A stretch of 64,000 bases of DNA, from positions 8,432,001 through 8,496,000 of the forward strand of contig NC_043015.1 of the NCBI RefSeq assembly GCF_006345805.1, in the 5' to 3' direction. Every line of letters begins with the position of its first letter. Positions within the stretch are counted from its first letter, which is position 1. Below are positions 40,900-52,696 of this stretch, one piece after another. The notes below the pieces were generated by a model that saw only the letters and a list, made by a program, of their open reading frames with translations, had not been told where the DNA came from and searched no databases. Source of the DNA: Octopus sinensis. Lineage: Eukaryota. The translations under genes were made by a program, and so were the position numbers.

Positions 40900-41110
40900 T
40901 AACTCGAATCCAAAGACTCAGCAGTCATATTTGTAAAACCGTGGTCCATATACCAAGATAAATCGGTATGTTGCAACATAATGATATAGGAAAATACACA
41001 CAGACAGTGGATGATATACATTTACTGAGGACTAACAATTGAATGGGATAAACATTTGGAGGGATTCGGTTCCATAGATCAATCACTGAAATTGACCTGC
41101 GGAACTAAAT
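40900..41110 (-). mobile_element. Possible CR1/L2 LINE 3' end remnant
   Basis: SVIDLWNRIPPNV resembles the V..WN.LP terminal motif of CR1/L2 ORF2. Confidence 0.4.
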
Positions 41111-41474
41111 TCCACAAAATAGTTAACCGATATAACTTTAGCCCCCAATAAATGTATATAATTATATATTTATAGCTGTGTTATGTTAAGCTATATTACG
41201 TAATGTATGTATGTAGGTATAATATCTCCGTTTAACTATCAAATTCTGCTCACAGTTTATTTCTACAAACGTGGAAACCAGATTCTGGAACGATGCAAAC
41301 CGTTACCAAACTGGCAGGGGTGTAATTGCCATGCAATATTTCCGACTACAACATTTTACCTTTGACTTCAATGTGCTTTCATATGCTCTCCTGCAATCAG
41401 TAATTTTACGTAAATTTATAAACATATATATATTATCCTTACATACTGACGACGATTAAGACAGGATTTTGATG

Positions 41475-41679
41475 TACGAGAGCTGCTGAAAAGTTCCTGG
41501 CTATATGGATTTCGCGAAAGAACAGGTTGGTGGTCCAATCTTCCGAGTTCTTTTACAAGACTTAGGAACACCGAAGGACCTCTGAAACAAATATATGAAT
41601 CTTAGAAGAGAATATGTTGAATAAAATCATGATTAACTGTTCATCCTGTATTTTCAGGTACTTTTCAGCACCACCTCGT
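41475..41679. mobile_element. Mariner-type MITE
   Basis: Imperfect TIRs tacgagagctgctgaaaagttcctg / caggtacttttcagcaccacctcgt; internal gaatatgttgaataaa. Confidence 0.7.
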
Positions 41680-41977
41680 TTTCCCTAATTTTGGATATAT
41701 AAAAATAAAATGTTTGAATAGCTTGCTTATACATCTTATGTTACTCAGGCTCAACCTATTTAATACGTATGGTCACTATAAAGTAATGTTTTAAAAATAG
41801 GCCCTTCATAGGTCAGGGTGGAAGAACATAGGAAATGCGGATATATGGGCTCGGCACTTAACCACCAATAAGATTTGGGCCGTTTTCATATAAATATATA
41901 TCAATAATGGTTTTGTGTATGAGATTTGGACATGCTTTGGCCGCATATATATATAAGCTATGAGATATAACCTACGT

Positions 41978-42360
41978 GGAGGCGCAATGGCCCAGTGGTT
42001 AGGGCAGCGGACTCGCGGTCATAGGATCGCGGTTTCGATTCCGAGACCGGGCGTTGTGAGTGTTTATTGAGCGAAAACACCTAAAGCTCCACGAGGCTCC
42101 GGCAGGGGATGGTGGTGATCCCTGCTGTACTCTTTCACCACAACATTCCCTCACTCTTACTTCCTGTTTCTGTTGTATCTGTATTTCAAAAGGCCGGCCT
42201 TGTCACTCTCTGTGTCACGCTGAATATCCCCGAGAACTACGTTAAGGGTACACGTGTCTGTGGAGTGCTCAGCCACTTACACGTTAATTTCACGAGCAGG
42301 CTGATCCGTTGATTCGGATCAACCGGAACCCTTATCGTCGTAACCGACGAAGTGCTTCCA
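41978..42360 (+). mobile_element. tRNA-derived SINE family B, full length
   Basis: ggaggcgcaatggcccagtggttagggcagcgg...ggtttcgattcc head; high identity to 60136-60518. Confidence 0.92.
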
Positions 42361-42640
42361 CATGAGAGGTAATGGTGTCAAGAAGACACAAAAGTGTCAC
42401 GTAATGCTGAGTAAGTGCTATTGACATATTTATAAAAAAATTAAGCATATTTATAAAAAAATTAACAGAATGCAATAATAATGCAAACCTGTGAAATATT
42501 TCGGAACATTTATAAATAAAAGATCTTGCAGCTGAAGATACAATATCCTTGCATATGTCACGTCTATTTTCATTCCTCCACTTCACTCTCTATTTCATAT
42601 CCTGTATAGAATAACTATTGCTTAACCATTTTCTCACGCC

Positions 42641-42689
42641 GTCTCCGATGAAGGGTTATATATAAAATATCCCGGAAACTGCTATAAGA
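42641..42689 (+). ncRNA. Decayed hammerhead-like motif (PLE end relic)
   Basis: gucu-CCGAUGA-aggg...uauccc-g-GAAAC-ugcu-AUA-agac; U4 and stem III altered. Confidence 0.5.
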
Positions 42690-42752
42690 CCCATTTATAT
42701 ATGTCCTGAAATCTGTCACAGACTTGTTAGTTTTTTCTCATTCTGTTAATTT

Positions 42753-42860
<108 letters not shown>

Positions 42861-43289
42861 TGTATGTATGTATGTATATATGCTTATGTATGTATGTTTG
42901 CGTGTCTGTCTGTATGCAGACGTAGCGGGTTTTTCTACATGGAATAAAAGTACAAAATGAAGGTCACGTTCACAATGTAATAATGAAGTAAACACTGTTG
43001 TTATATTTATAGTTTGAAAAGTAACTATCGAGACATAAAGCAATGCAAGTCAATTTCCGAATGGTTATCTAAAAGCTTTTATACTCAGTATAGCTATAAA
43101 ATCACCGTGTCTGTTGATATTATCCTCTTCTAAATGTGGTGTCATAATACAAAAATACAGTGATGAGTCAGTGCGCGCGCACATACAAAAACACAGACAC
43201 ACACGAAAAAAAAATTATATATTCACGTTATTCGTTCTTATAGCTGCAAATTTCGGTATGAGGACAGCAATCTCGGGTGAGAGCTAAAT

Positions 43290-43445
43290 CGATAAAATTG
43301 ACCCAAATTCTCAACTAAAACTTGCATCATCTTCCTCGAAAAAGTTGAATGCAAAGTGGCTCAACGTGAAACTTAAATTCAGAACGTAAAGACAGACGAA
43401 ATACAGATACGCATTTTACCTGCAGCTGCAAAGATTCTGCCAGCT
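43290..43445 (-). mobile_element. Old SINE family C copy
   Basis: aaacttaaattcagaacgtaaagacagacgaaatac...gcatttt...aagattctgccagct; similar decayed copies near 34.93-35.05 kb and 55.55-55.70 kb. Confidence 0.55.
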
Positions 43446-43857
43446 GTTTGTATTCACACGAAAGGTGGGGGAAAATGATAGATAAAAGAATATCAGGTGA
43501 CATATAGAGAGATAGAAAGAATTAGTGTGAACATTATATTTTCGATGTGTATAAAACAATCCTTATTCAAATTTTCACTCAACAACTATAATGAAAATAT
43601 TCCACATGACCTAATAGAATTAAGTATGAAGACATATGGTTATATATACCTTTTTGTAAAGATATATATGAAGACATATAGTTATAGAGAATAATAATTC
43701 GGAACTTTTCAAACTGACGTAATGTGATTTAACCCCGGTCGAGTCTTCTCTGCTTGCACTCACGGACATTTAAGTGCAAGAAATGTAAGCAACGGAATAC
43801 ACAGACACTTAGTGCGCGCGCACAAAATTTCGTGGTGTCATATATTCATATACCCAG

Positions 43858-43904
<47 letters not shown>

Positions 43905-44107
43905 TATACACATATGCACGTACGTATTTATATGTATGTATATATTAATATATATGTGCGAGTGTGTTATGTGCGCGTGGGCGAGTGTTGTTTTTATCCA
44001 TCATGCAGGCTCTCGCCTTTTTTCTCTCTATTTGTCTGTTTCTCTTCCCCTGATGTATGTATGCATGCATGTATGTATGTATGTATGTATGTATGTATGT
44101 ATGTATG

Positions 44108-44161
<54 letters not shown>

Positions 44162-47100
44162 CATATAATAGATGTGTATATATATATAAAGAGAGAAAGA
44201 GAGAAAGAGAGAGAAATACATGCATATATGTGTATACATATATAAACATGCACAGATGCATATATAGACAATTTCGGAGACAAAGAGCTTGTTAGATACA
44301 TAGGTAAACATTAGATACATACGCCTTTCATTTTAGTGTATGAGAATTTCGATTGCATACTCTGTTACGCAATCTATGAAAGCTATACTGAATGTAATAT
44401 CTCTTCCTTATATATTTATTGTGTTTAAAGAAATATTAAACGTAGCAACACTTTCACAGAGGAGATATATGACTTTTTACTTCTTTACATGGAAGCTATG
44501 ATGCATGAATATGTTTAATATATTCTAAATTTAACACGTGTGAAATATAAAGATTGTACGTTGCTGATCGAATTGCCAGTATATGCGGTAGTGTCTTTAT
44601 GGTAGCATACTCCTGGTTCTTAGAATGTCAGCAGATTAGTAAACATAATTCTAGATTCAGTATGCACAATGGTATTAGCTGTAGCGTCATAAGTGATATA
44701 TATACTTGCGTAAACAGCTCTAAAAGAGGTTTAGTGTACAACTCTGTAACCAACATTCATATCCTCGTTACGTTTGCCAATATTACCAATAGTTATTTAT
44801 GATTATGTTTCCTTGTATTTAAAGTATGATGCATCCACATAAATCCCTGTCCACATTTTGGCTCGAACACTTGTTCATCATTCTAAACAACTGCTGCTAA
44901 AAACGAGTAAGAAGCGCGTTATTACCACTGTATCCATTGCTTCACAATCTTTGCTTAAAATGCTGATTTTCATATAACAATGAAAGCCGCTGTATTGTTA
45001 TTAAAATATTTATGAGTACATTAAATACGCTGATGTGATATTCATTTCAATCCTTCCTCATATGTAGCTCAGTGAACAATTCCATATAAGGTAAATATTA
45101 CATATTTTCATATATAATTGGTATCTCAAATATCGTGAGTCGGAGAAGAGTTTCTGAAAAATACGGAACAGAAGAGCTAATTGTATAATAATTTTATGTT
45201 ACATTTTAGCATAACATTATCACGAAAAGGTAATATTAATAATCCATTATTATAAGATCGTCATATCAAAAGTATTTTGTGACAACTGATAAATACATAA
45301 GCAGCAATATCTGCAACATTTCGCGTCGGGTTTCTTTAGAAATAAATACTTATTTATTATCTGATAATATATTACACATATATAATGCGTATAAGACTTG
45401 TACAATATGTACAAGATAATAATACATTTTTCAAATATCAGATTTATCATATAAAATATAATATTAAATTCAACAAAGATTTTTCACAAGAATATTATCA
45501 ACGTCTTATTTCAACTTCCAAAAATATAATGCAAATAAAAAACGTTTGACACCTACATTCCTCAGATTAGGTGCATGTATATTGTCACACCTTCTAGTAA
45601 AAACATTAATAAAATATTCTTCTTATTAAACTAAACATAGTTTTAAAAGGTCGAAATGGACAATTGAAACTCAGATACAGAATAAAAACTCAAGAAATAA
45701 ATGAGGTGCTTCGAAAATAAAAGATCTTTCCATAAATGGGAGAGAAAACAACAAATTGACAACGTTGAGAATTAGCTTTCCGATAATCTCTCCCAATTCT
45801 TGCTAATTGCAATGACTGATATTTTTTTACATTGAATTTTGCGCGTATACATTCATCTAAATTCATCTACTGATTATTCCTCTACGAATTTATTCTAATG
45901 CTGCAGAAAATTGCGAAGACTAATAGGCTCGAACGTATTTTCTTGTAAATATTCTTCGGAATATTCCCTATATTGATTTAGATCGTAAATCGCCGGAATG
46001 AAATAGACGAAAATTAGATGCAGTGCATTGGCACATCGGTTAAGAAAAAAATATTTCCTTAATTTCTTCTTTGGCTTTTTTAATACTGCTATCCATAATG
46101 GCCTGAAATGCGGGACAATGCACAGGCAACAATAAAATAAAAAAGATACCATGTTATTATAATGTTCTTAAGAAACCATGTATTCGGAATAAATACAGTG
46201 ATATATCAGTTGTATATTTTGTGCTATCCATGCATATTTAGAATAAATAGTATTTAATAGCCTCACGTTATACATAAATTTATATATGTGGATATGTATA
46301 TGAACATGTTTACAGATATGCAGTCACAAAACACATATATATCGATACATGCCTATATGCATGCATATGTGTATTCGTATGTATACACAGTAAAATTGCC
46401 AAATAATTTACAAATCATTTTCCGTTTTAGTAAATGGTGTGGAATACAGAGGTGAAGGAAAATGTCATTTCTAAAATTGTGTGGCAATTGGAAAAAAATG
46501 ATAAAGATTTATATATGTGCGTATATGCACACATATAAATACTTACATAAATGCAGTCATACATATAGGTATAGTCCCCATACACGCATTTAATCACACA
46601 CATGCACACAAAATCATATACCCACGCATACGCATACATATAAACAGATAGATCGATAGATGAGGAGAAAGAAGGAAGGAAGAAGCCACTACATTTGAAT
46701 AATTACAACACATCTCACTTTAAGAAAGGAATATATTTCTTATCTTACTTAAATGAATATTTCATTATAAGGAAATGCTATATACGGAAGCAAATGAGCA
46801 AGATATTTATTGAATTCTTATGGTCATACAAATGCGGTTATATAAGAAATAGTATTTCAAGAGTATATTCTGTATATCAACGTTTGCTAAAAGCAAATAT
46901 GGAGATTGCTGGATATTGTATTTATATTCCTCGGTTACACTTATAAACTATTTTTTGAACGGTTTAATGAAAAGAAACGTCGTCTAGAAATAGTGTGCAG
47001 AGAACGTTAATCAACCTGAAGCGATAGAATACGAAAACGTTAAAATTGTATAAGTTAAATTTTATATAAACTAGTATTAGATTTTCATTTGAGAGTAATG

Positions 47101-47773
47101 AATTTCTACGCCGTTAAGTGAGGTCTGCAAAGGATTTGGAGGAAACATCCTCGCAGGATACCTCATATTCACGTTGTCGATTTGGTAACCAAGGTACAGG
47201 AAAGCTTGAACTATTAAAACTAGAGAAAAATATGGATTGCATAGCATTCATGCAAAACCCCAAGGCAGTTGTGGTCCTAGGCAATGTAATCAGGTGGATG
47301 TTTATAACACATAATGAAAAGCATGCGTATAGACAGTTTTTCTCAATGATATTTTTAGTAATCGCACTTGTGGTCGCATTGAGGCAAAATCGTTCAGCTA
47401 TCCTCATAAGAATAATAACACGTCTCAAATTCGACTCAGTGTTAATTACCACATGGTTTTCATCATAAAAGGTGTCGTATTTCTTTTACAGTGTTAATTT
47501 TATGAATATTGAAATCTGAACTGAGTTCCAAACGTTTGCCTTCCGGCGTGTTTCTTTCCATATATTCTCTCTAGTTCATAGTTAGGAGTTGCCAATACAG
47601 TAACTCCTATTGGCAATAAACTTAAACAAAGCTGGAAATACATTTTTGTGATCAGCGAACTTGGAATAGGGTGTTCTGTTGTTTACTTTAAAATATGCTT
47701 TGCCTTGAAAACAATAATATTTTTAAGCATTATTAAATCTCAGAATGAGATGTAAACAGTAATCGCTCGATAA

Positions 47774-47974
47774 TGTAAAGTATGGAAGCCATCTTAATAT
47801 GGCTAACCACAAAAGGCGGGTGTTACTGTAGCTCTATAGCCCCAGGAGATCATCGTCTCCAACTGGCTTTAGGCTAAAGCCAGCTGGAGACGATGATCTC
47901 CTGGGGCTATAGAGCTACAGTAACACCCCTCCCCTTTGTGGTTAGCCATATTAAGATGGCTTCTATACTTTACA
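47774..47974. repeat. ~200-bp near-perfect hairpin (about 98-bp arms, 3-nt loop)
   Basis: tgtaaagtatggaagccatcttaatatggc...ctggcttta-ggc-taaagccagctgg...gatggcttctatactttaca. Confidence 0.92.
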
Positions 47975-48760
47975 ATAATATTTAAATTGTCTTGAAAGCA
48001 TGAATGTCACAAAGACTGTCATATAACAGCATATATTGTGAATGCACATTTGGAGAACAAAGAACAAACTGCAGATTTCAACACAAATATTTGAGTGACA
48101 AACATTATTATGTATGTAGGTGCCTGTTTTGTGAAGAGAATAAATTCCTTTAATACTACAAACATATGAATCATTTTCATGACCCAAAGTGTGTGGACGT
48201 CTGGACGAAACATTACAATGTCAGTAAATAAATTGCGATGCCCGTTGTCATAGTTTGTTTTACAGTTTTAGCTCACGCGTAATCAGTAAAATAACATACG
48301 TACAAGCCCGAAAGTTGATCGACCAGTAAAGACAATATAACGGCAAGTTACTTTCTTCCATACCATGGACAAACATCAATGTCCGACTTTTACTGCTCAG
48401 CCAAATGTATTTCTACTAATATTGAAAGTTAGGAAACAATTTTATGTAATTCCATTAGTTCACCTTGGGGGGAAAATCAATAATATTAAGTTATTAGATT
48501 AGTTTACCTCTCTTACCACATTGAAGGGGAGGCATGGATACATGTGCAATAAGCAATAAGTAGACAGTTATTTTGAAAAGTATTTGGCGACATATTGCTG
48601 GACTTTTTACTAAGCAAATTACGTTTGATCATCGACCAATTGCAAGGTTTGAACTTTGGAATAAGCTTTGAGGCTAAACTGAAAACAGGCCCGGTGGAAA
48701 TTGTTGACTATTGACTACAGATCTAATTACTCTCAATTATTATATAGATAGAGGCATGCC

Positions 48761-48829
<69 letters not shown>

Positions 48830-48833
<4 letters not shown>

Positions 48834-49707
48834 ACAATCAAGGAACGGCCATAATAGGCCATTCACCCACTAGAAATAACAGCCAAAGCTTCAACCGCAA
48901 ATAAAAATCAATTCCGTAAACCAGGAGAAAATTTAAAAAACATTTACCCTGTAAAAAACATTTACCCTGTTTTTTAAATTTTTTAAAATTTTCTCCTGGT
49001 TTTTTAAATTTTTTAAAATTTTCTCCTGGTTTACGGAATTGATTTTTATTTGCGGTTGAAGCTTTGGCTGTTATTTCTAGTGGGTGAATGGCCTATTATG
49101 GCCCTTCCTTGATTGTTGATGTTGAATTTAAAAATGGTCTATGACTATTTAATTTTTTCCCACTAGGCCGCTGGTGGCAAAAAAATTCTACAAATTTTTT
49201 TTGCCACCCTATATTGATTAATTATGAATTTTCTGGTTAATTCCGTAATGGAATCGACGGCTTATATTTATTTGCTGCCGATAAATTTGGCGCGAGTGCG
49301 AGGATTTGAAATTTTTAGGTCAGATATTGCCTTGGCAGGGTCGGAAATGCCTCGTGAAAATATCTGTTCCGACTTGGCTATTTCTTACTGAAGAATCTGA
49401 GGGCCTATGGAAGATTGGTTTGATTTAATTTAATCAGGTTAGTTTACCATTAAACAGCAGATGAAACGGTGCATCGTATAAGAAATTACAGGGTAAATGT
49501 TTTTTAAAATTTTCTCCTGTTTACGGAATTGATTTTTATTTGCGGTTGAAGCTTTGGCTGTTATTTCTAGTGGGTGAATGGCCTATTATGGCCGTTCCTT
49601 GATTGTTGATGTTGAACTTAAAAATGGTCTATGACTATTTAATTTTTTCCCACTAGGCCGCTGGTGGCAAAAAAATTCTACAAAATTTTTTTGCCACCCT
49701 ATATTGA

Positions 49708-49712
<5 letters not shown>
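48830..49712 (+). mobile_element. HHR-containing insertion: ~124-bp inverted piece, scrambled junction, 1.4 units of a 490-bp repeat, flanked by (TA)n
   Basis: 48830-48954 is the reverse complement of 49486-49610; ~49010-49222 is repeated at ~49502-49712. Confidence 0.82.
49380..49486 (+). ncRNA. Type I hammerhead ribozyme (intact core, long loop II)
   Basis: Stem I AUUUCUUA/UAAGAAAU; CUGAAGA 49388-49394; stem II AUCUG/CAGAU; GAAA 49463-49466; ACGG-UGCA-UCGU; triplet GUA, cut after 49478. Confidence 0.88.
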
Positions 49713-49746
<34 letters not shown>

Positions 49747-49747
49747 G

Positions 49748-49804
<57 letters not shown>

Positions 49805-49959
49805 CTTTAATATTTTTGCGGAAGGGAGTCCAAGTCTTTGCCACGTACAACAGAGTTTGACGATGATTTTATTACTATTTTTTTTAGATATTTCAAGTTC
49901 TAACTAAATAGAGATGTAATGTATTTTCGAAAGTCTCTGAACAAGTATTTTACTTACGT

Positions 49960-50085
49960 GTTTGGACTTCTTTAATCCACCTTAGCATTGTTTGTCACAT
50001 TAGATCCTAAAGAGGTGAAAGAGCTGACTTCTATTAGATCGTTTCCCTCTACAACCACTCTAGGCATATTCTTTGCAATTTGCCG
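49960..50085 (-). mobile_element. Small LINE RT fragment (RTE-like)
   Basis: VVEGNDLIEVSSFTSLGSNVTNN resembles the E.V..F.YLGS motif. Confidence 0.45.
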
Positions 50086-50432
50086 CAAATAACAAGAAAA
50101 AAAAGCACATGGTATTTAAAAATAAATTGCAAATTATCTGGGTAATAAAACTAATTTGTCTGTGAAACATTTTGAGGAGAGAAAGGAAAATGTTATATTC
50201 TTAATAATGGAAGATATATCTATCCTCAAAAATATAATTTGCGAAAGTACTTTTCTGGAACCCCCCAGGTCTCCTAGATACGTGTGCAAATATATATATC
50301 TTCTTTAGCCAGTGACGGAAGCCATTTAAATTGACATCTTACTATATAATGTAATGTTCCATGAGGATTTCATTTTGACAAAATTCCGTTCCTCTGTCTA
50401 CCGTCTTTCTCTTTGTATGTATACACACACAC

Positions 50433-50488
<56 letters not shown>

Positions 50489-50525
50489 GTGTGTGTGTGT
50501 ATGTATTTATATAACACAGACTCAC

Positions 50526-50572
50526 CCGTCCAAGGCGACGTATGAGACTTCACCTTTGGCCGAAGACGACAT
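50526..50572 (-). CDS. Candidate first coding exon MSSSAKGEVSYVALD(G)
   Basis: ATG at 50572 in a CpG-richer unique stretch, ending at a consensus donor GG|GTGAGT; no partner exon identified. Confidence 0.3.
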
Positions 50573-51490
50573 GCGCAATTGGTTTGTTTATTGTAAACAA
50601 AAGAACTTGCCGCACATTAGCTCACTATCTTCGTCAAATAACGGATGCCTTATCAGGTTCACAGTGTACCACGCGTCCAGGTGCCGTGGTGATCGCAGAG
50701 CAACATCAAGTGAAGAAGTACTTTGCTCGAAAACAGAGTACATCGTCGTGTCTAGGAACTGAAATCATGATCCAGAGATCGTGATTGCATCACACTAACC
50801 ATTAAGTCAAAAACAGATATTTGCTTAGAATTTTATTAACTCTATAATTGAACATAAAGAGATACGTGATTACAATTTTATTAATTTTCTGAAATATAAA
50901 CAATTTACATTGATGTTGTTCGTCAGTACTATACACCCAGTAAATATTTACATTATACTTTCTCACATAATGAACATGATTTGCTCATCTTAATAGCTTA
51001 TTTATGTTTCGGCCATGGCTTAAGCGTACATCGTCCTCATTGTGTCTGTGTTTAAACTTTCTGATCCGTGAGTTAATTATATTCATGGTTTATTTATCAT
51101 TGAACACGTTGTTTTTGTATCGACTTAATTATGTCAGTTTTAACTCGCTTAAATGAACGTCTCTTTAAATTGCTTTGAGTAAACCTCCATTTAACAAAAT
51201 GATATTAAAATTTAGAATATATTGCTAGTATTGAAGGTAATTTAAATAATTTTTCGTAACAGAAATTCGCAAATTAAATCAAGGAAACTGCAAATATATC
51301 CTAAGGTATGGAACCTCACGGATCAGAAAAATAGACCCGTTGAGCACGATATTTGATTAAGTCGTGATGTGCAAAGTATGTTCTTTTCAATAATGATCAC
51401 TTCGTAATATATGAGTAAACATTTACTCGTTATATAGTATTGACGAGCAACATCAAAGATACATTGCATATATTCTCTCTCTCTCTCTCT

Positions 51491-51892
51491 TACTCTTTTA
51501 CTTGTTTCAGTCATTTGACTGTGACCATGCTGAAGCAGCGCCTTTAGTCGAGCAAATCGACCCCAGGGCTTATTTTTCTAAGCCTAGTACTTATTCTATC
51601 GGTCTCTTTTGCAGAACCGCTAATTTACGGGGACCTAAACGCACTAGCATCGATTGATAAGCGATGTTGGGGGACACGAGCACAGACACACAAATATATA
51701 CACACATACATATATATACATACATATATATGACGGGCTTCTTTCAATTTTCGTCTACCAAATACACTCGCAAAGCTTTGGTGGGCCAAGGCAATACTAG
51801 AAGACACTTGCCCAAGGTGCCATACAGTGGGACTGAACCCGAAACCATGTGGTTGGTAACCAAGGTACTTGCCACACAGCCACTCCTGCGCT
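51491..51892 (-). mobile_element. SINE family A, full length
   Basis: Full match to family A. Confidence 0.9.
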
Positions 51893-51974
51893 TATATTGA
51901 AGAAAATTAATAAAACTATAAGTAAGTACTACTTATGTTCAATTATATAGTTAATAACATTCTAAGCAACGTTC

Positions 51975-52200
51975 GGTCTATTGCTCAGTGGTTAGATCGT
52001 TGCACTCACAATCGTTGGATCGTGACTTCAGTTCCCAGAACAGGTACTGTGTTCTGTTCTTGACCAAAACACTGCATCTCACGTTACTCTGTGTTCACTT
52101 CCACAGCAGAAGCGTGGTATACCGCGCACCTGTTCAGACAACGTGGATTTGACGGGGAAAGGGAGCTAAAATGTGGGACACGCACGTATGGAAACTTTAA
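51975..52200 (+). mobile_element. Old tRNA-derived SINE
   Basis: gctcagtggttagatcg...cttcagttccc head followed by ttcttgaccaaaacactgcatctcac. Confidence 0.45.
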
Positions 52201-52626
52201 TATTGATTCTTTTAATACCCACGAAGAATTTTCAGCGATAAATTTACTTTCTAATATACAGAGAACAAAATTAAAAGTCCACATCAAAATTTTAAAAGTT
52301 CCATGTTGTTAAATGTGGAAGAGGGTTGGCGTGCAAAAAGTAAATTAGTATTCCTTATCAAAATATCTAGAGAAGATGCATATTTCAGGTTTATATCTAC
52401 TTGTAAGATACATTACCAAACTTGTATAAACATGAGTACGGCTTCATACGCTTTACGCTATGTTGGGATTCTGTTTTCAATCAAAATCTGAGATATATTA
52501 CATACTGAAGTATATTCTTGAATAATCAAGTTTGGTCTTAATAAATAACACTCAAATCGGTTTGCAAATATAGGCAAATGATAGTTAAAGTTCCACGAAA
52601 TGGATGTCGCCATGAATACAACACAA

Positions 52627-52696
<70 letters not shown>

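Noticed and set aside
41978-42050. tRNA gene calls for tRNA-like heads (also 5040-5114, 29466-29525, 60445-60518)
   Set aside because: They continue into SINE bodies, recur as dispersed copies and lack a complete cloverleaf.
49190-49215. Tc1/mariner TIR-like tatagggtggc on the minus strand
   Set aside because: Lies inside the 490-bp HHR unit and has no inverted partner.
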